Origin: Octopus bimaculoides
Taxonomy: Eukaryota
Direction: 5' to 3'
Length of the DNA stretch: 64,000 nucleotides
Assembly (NCBI RefSeq): GCF_001194135.2
Contig: NC_068985.1
Location: 31,298,748 to 31,362,747 of the forward strand
A program made the position numbers and the translations under genes. Below the pieces are notes generated by a model. It searched no databases, was not told where the DNA came from, and saw only the letters and a program-made list of their open reading frames with translations. How positions within the stretch are numbered: the stretch's first letter is position 1; each line of letters opens with the position of its first letter. Positions 61,701 to 64,000 of this stretch are shown one piece after another.

Positions 61701-63417
61701 GGCGATCGCCAATTATGCCTATTAACCGCAATTCCAGTGTTGAAAAAAAAGGCTAGTAATTAAAATCTAACTGAAAAATATAATTGCTACAATATCCCAG
61801 TGACTAAACTCCATACTATTCTATCGATTAATAATTTATTCAGTTCCCCCACCCTCATTCACATTCATACACGATCTGTTGTGACATTTCAAGAAATTAA
61901 CATAATGGCTTTCACATTTTCTGAAACGGTTATATATGGTTGATAAGCCCGTTTCAATTGGGAAAATTTTTTTATGAACCACCTGTCAGATTCAATTAAA
62001 TATACCTAACTTGTCGGTTTATTCAGCAAAAGCAATATAATGACTTTATAACATGCCTTGACATAGAACTTAACTAAAACATGAAAGCTATCGAAACACA
62101 ACTCTTCACCAGTGCCAGAGTAAAATCTTCCGGTGTTTCCAGCCTGTTTTTTCGGTTTCGTTTCCGGCTGTAATAATTTCGTTTCACTTTCGTCGCTCAT
62201 GCCCTTGAGAGACGCACAAGCATTGAGACTATCTTAAAAAATAACTACTAAATTACAGATAGTTTCATCTCATAACTTACAGGTTGCTACATATTGCATC
62301 TTTTTTTTTTTTATCAATATTTATTTTAAACTATTAGATTTTTGAAACAAAAAGATTGTGTACCTATCTCTTCTGAAATACTCCCAGTCATATTCAATAG
62401 TTCTGTTTCGATTCATTCCAAGAAATATTTTGCTTTCAATTTAGTTGTACGTTAGATCAGTAAATATATTAAAAGATAACTATTGTTTCAAGAGATTTTA
62501 CTTAGATATTTGTATCAAGTATATGAAATAGTTTAGGGGAGAAATGATGTTTTGTTTACAAAACTGCTAGAAATAGCAGTCAAATCTTTCAAATCATACC
62601 CTGCTGTCAGCCTGGCGCTTAACAACCCAATTTCGTTAAAGACCGTGTTTAAGAATAGTTACTGTGAACTTCAAAATTAATGTTTTGTAGTCTTAAGACG
62701 CTAGAGATAAAGTAAAATACAATGTGAAATAATTAAATCTGCTCCAGAACAGAGGTCACACGAAACTCTTGTCGAGGTCAAGTTACATATTACTGATTAA
62801 AACATTGCTTTTGGTGTATATTGGGGAGAAAGGAGAAAACTAAACAAAAAGAACTCGTTAACCATTAGAAATATGTATGAGTGACACTTGGGTATATCTT
62901 TACTATCGATTAAATATTTCAAGAATGTACACACACACACATATATAATTTTATCACTTGCAGACGTGTTACCACTACCGCTAACAAAATAAATCGTCAT
63001 TTGCATATTTAGAAAACCAAATGAATAACGATTGTGAAAAATGGTTCGTTACAATTTCCTTACAAAGCCATATGTGCTACTTAAAAGAGAAAGCTAAACA
63101 TAACTCACTAACAAATTTAGATATTGTTTATGTAACAGGAAAAGAAGTATACAAACCTCATTTGATTTCTTGGGAGTATCTTTCTTGGAGGACTCTGTTT
63201 TTGGAGATGTAGCATAGTTGTTTATTTTCAGGTCGTTGTTGTTCTTGGCACTTTTCATGTGTTTTCCTTTCTTATTGTAGTACACTAAACCAGCCAGACC
63301 TAGCGTGACCGGGGCTCCAAGTAACAAGGCTATTTGCCATTTGGACAGCCCTTCAAATGGCTTTCGTACAACTTCATGTAACATATCAAGACGAAGATTG
63401 ACTTTCTTCAGCGCCAT
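36226..63417 (-). CDS. TOMM70: Mitochondrial import receptor TOM70, complete, 12 coding exons, 582 aa
   Basis: join(complement 63157..63417, 59241..59414, 47906..48032, 46607..46716, 45310..45413, 43707..43917, 43253..43387, 40930..41035, 39959..40077, 39389..39486, 38238..38360, 36226..36406) = 1749 nt, open throughout and all GT-AG. N-terminal signal anchor WQIALLLGAPVTLGLAGLVYY. TPR clamp motifs KEEGNVFFKSGKYNEAIESYTKAI, FYQNRAAAY, YMKALTRRAK. Further TPRs run to the C-terminus. Confidence 0.96.
36595..37530 (-). mobile_element. Penelope-like retroelement remnant (RT fingers/palm/thumb) in TOMM70 intron 11
   Basis: FDNFYY, LAISYISHLE, FSRYIDNILIL (YIDD decayed), NRNLFVHYESALPTRAK. Ends in a hammerhead-like CUGAAGA..GAAA motif at 36630-36595. 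Confidence 0.8.
38238..38360 (-). CDS. TOMM70: TOMM70 exon 11
   Basis: 123 nt; VLLLSEEPDFDKIRSYIEKAISMDEKYEYPYELFGSIEVH(R). Confidence 0.94.
38560..39060 (+). mobile_element. CR1/L2-like LINE C-terminal and 3' UTR remnant, interrupted by a local duplication
   Basis: Decayed FY..YYG..S / SHSYNV / HSYYTLSSH pattern typical of the CR1/L2 ORF2 end, followed by a pyrimidine-rich UTR. Confidence 0.45.
39389..39486 (-). CDS. TOMM70: TOMM70 exon 10
   Basis: 98 nt; TLLGQNKPEKARHHFEKVLELEEDNAMATVYM(G). Confidence 0.94.
39959..40077 (-). CDS. TOMM70: TOMM70 exon 9
   Basis: 119 nt; (E)HRAALINSSADGLEKVASQFERVVEKFPNCIEARIKFGQ. Confidence 0.92.
40500..40752. mobile_element. piggyBac-type MITE
   Basis: CCCTT...AAAGGG ends; body shared with 59708-59830. 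A related TTAACCC-started family occurs at 6455-6580 and 26450-26670. Confidence 0.55.
40930..41035 (-). CDS. TOMM70: TOMM70 exon 8
   Basis: 106 nt; LLMLQDRCEDSVRDYEKCIELDPNFPHAHVYKCLG; phase-1 donor GTATTT. Confidence 0.92.
43253..43387 (-). CDS. TOMM70: TOMM70 exon 7
   Basis: 135 nt; VKVSALIKKASCY...IDPENVDIYFHRGQ. Confidence 0.95.
43471..43516 (+). ncRNA. Minimal type-I hammerhead ribozyme motif inside a ~135-bp interspersed element (43434-43568)
   Basis: GACAC-CUGAUGA-A-GGCUG(GAGGGUAUAU)CAGCC-GAAAC-GUU^GUGUU: 5-bp stem I, 5-bp stem II, palindromic AACGUU in place of stem III, predicted cleavage after 43511. Confidence 0.78.
43707..43917 (-). CDS. TOMM70: TOMM70 exon 6
   Basis: 211 nt; SPFIEACKQF...ARLLRGTAHFYMG...NVNKN. 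Confidence 0.94.
45310..45413 (-). CDS. TOMM70: TOMM70 exon 5
   Basis: 104 nt; SRKPSLPSKTFMKVFRDMFRNDPIFNFDTSKILE. Confidence 0.92.
46607..46716 (-). CDS. TOMM70: TOMM70 exon 4
   Basis: 110 nt; (D)LTLLCMLENFSNVNTVKFSERVLRDMGKQKAKVEMG. Confidence 0.94.
47906..48032 (-). CDS. TOMM70: TOMM70 exon 3
   Basis: 127 nt; ENHQQVISDCSKALELNPKYMKALTRRAKSADQTGNLKIALE. Confidence 0.96.
52629..52910. repeat. ~280-bp near-perfect loopless palindrome (foldback MITE) in TOMM70 intron 2
   Basis: Centred on GGGATTGATC|GATCAATCCC (52771/52772); the arms match out to AATAATGCG / CACATTATT with scattered substitutions. Confidence 0.9.
53800..56400 (-). mobile_element. RTE (BovB-like) LINE, near full length but decayed, with an internal RT deletion, in TOMM70 intron 2
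   Basis: APE: FRVGTVNVGTL, IISAYSPQAGL, QIDFIL. RT: KAPGPSG, YRGIKL, GFVPGRSTTNAIF, FVDFEKAFDRVP. C-terminus: RRLHWYGHVLR..GKGRPRKT. The YADD region is absent. Confidence 0.93.
56588..57830 (-). repeat. Tandem ~170-bp units plus a duplicated ~155-bp block; probable Penelope-derived 3' region
   Basis: CTAGTTGCATTTGTCC..GAGAGAG unit near 56600, 56860 and 57020. Direct repeat 57213-57365 vs 57627-57785. Confidence 0.6.
58992..59073 (+). ncRNA. Degenerate type-I hammerhead-like motif (Penelope-type)
   Basis: AAAAUUUAAC-CUGAAGA...GAAAAC-AGUU-GUC^GUAAAUUUU: 9-bp stem I with one bulge, GUC triplet, near-palindrome ACAGUUGU; stem II degraded and one extra A in GAAA. Confidence 0.5.
59241..59414 (-). 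CDS. TOMM70: TOMM70 exon 2
   Basis: 174 nt; MSSTESALKAKEEGN...NRAAAYGQL; GTAAG donor. Confidence 0.96.
59840..60370 (-). mobile_element. Possible Penelope GIY-YIG C-terminal remnant plus pyrimidine-rich tail
   Basis: HFSGGHS motif near 60260-60290, followed by a long low-complexity C/T-rich tract. Confidence 0.35.
63157..63417 (-). CDS. TOMM70: TOMM70 exon 1 (signal anchor)
   Basis: ATG at 63417; MALKKVNLRL...KKDTPKKSNE; GTTTGT donor. An in-frame upstream GTG at 63429 (ORF track) is not preferred. Confidence 0.9.
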
Positions 63418-64000
63418 GACAGCCAACACACGTGCCTATCTACCACTCTCATTCTCTGTGAGAATCTCGTTTTGCATGTCTTGACATGAGTTATACATGC
63501 TCGCTCCGTCTTCGATTTGCTTGTAGTCTCGCAATTAGATGTAAAAGAATGAAGATAAAACCGATAATTCGGTCAGAGCAGTTATACACAGATACAATTA
63601 AAATATATTTAGCTTCGAAGTAAATATTTCAATTAAGATTTGCGGTGTAAGGCTCAATGACTTTTGACCGTAAGCACTAGCACAATCCACATAGCTATAA
63701 TTTACTATTTATTTACTAATTATTGCTGTAATGAACAGTGTATAGTTGACGTTTCGTTAGCTTACTGCCCAGAATTCACTTTGTTGTAAATTTAAAGCCT
63801 TAAGTTTAATAGAAACTTTGATATTTAATAGGCGGAATTTCGGGTCAGGACGCCCATCCCAACTTTTATTACATCACACCCGTCGTAAATTAATCAGAAG
63901 TTTTATGAAAAAATTTTTTGAAAATCTATAATTTTTTTTCATTTCTTCTTCCGACAGATTTTCGTCAATCTTTTTACATTAAACACTTAAAAATGATGGA

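Overview
Eukaryotic, AT-rich, intron-rich and repeat-dense draft-assembly window with seven N gaps. The SINE, RTE-tail and piggyBac-MITE repertoire looks like an octopus (coleoid cephalopod) genome; this is inferred from recalled repeat families, not from a search. Three housekeeping genes were reconstructed by hand from splice signals and homology. (1) The 5' part of MTHFD1 (C1-THF synthase; minus strand, exons 1-4; the rest lies left of the window). (2) Complete MRPL40 (plus strand, 5 coding exons). (3) Complete TOMM70 (minus strand, 12 coding exons, 582 aa). MTHFD1 and MRPL40 are divergent; MRPL40 and TOMM70 are convergent. Introns and intergenic DNA hold decayed piggyBac, Chapaev-like, L1/Tx1, RTE, CR1/L2-like and Penelope-like elements, many SINEs and several MITEs. 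The most notable observations are: four minimal type-I hammerhead-ribozyme-like motifs (one nearly intact at 43471-43516); a cluster of nested long-TIR foldback elements, one carrying telomeric repeats, around the MTHFD1 promoter; a ~280-bp loopless palindrome in TOMM70 intron 2; an apparent 2-nt intron slide in TOMM70; a candidate alternative TOMM70 first exon that would give an anchor-less isoform; a Tx1-like LINE abutting an (ATT)n tract; and a local templated insertion. No prokaryotic-type system, CRISPR array, tRNA or rRNA gene was found.
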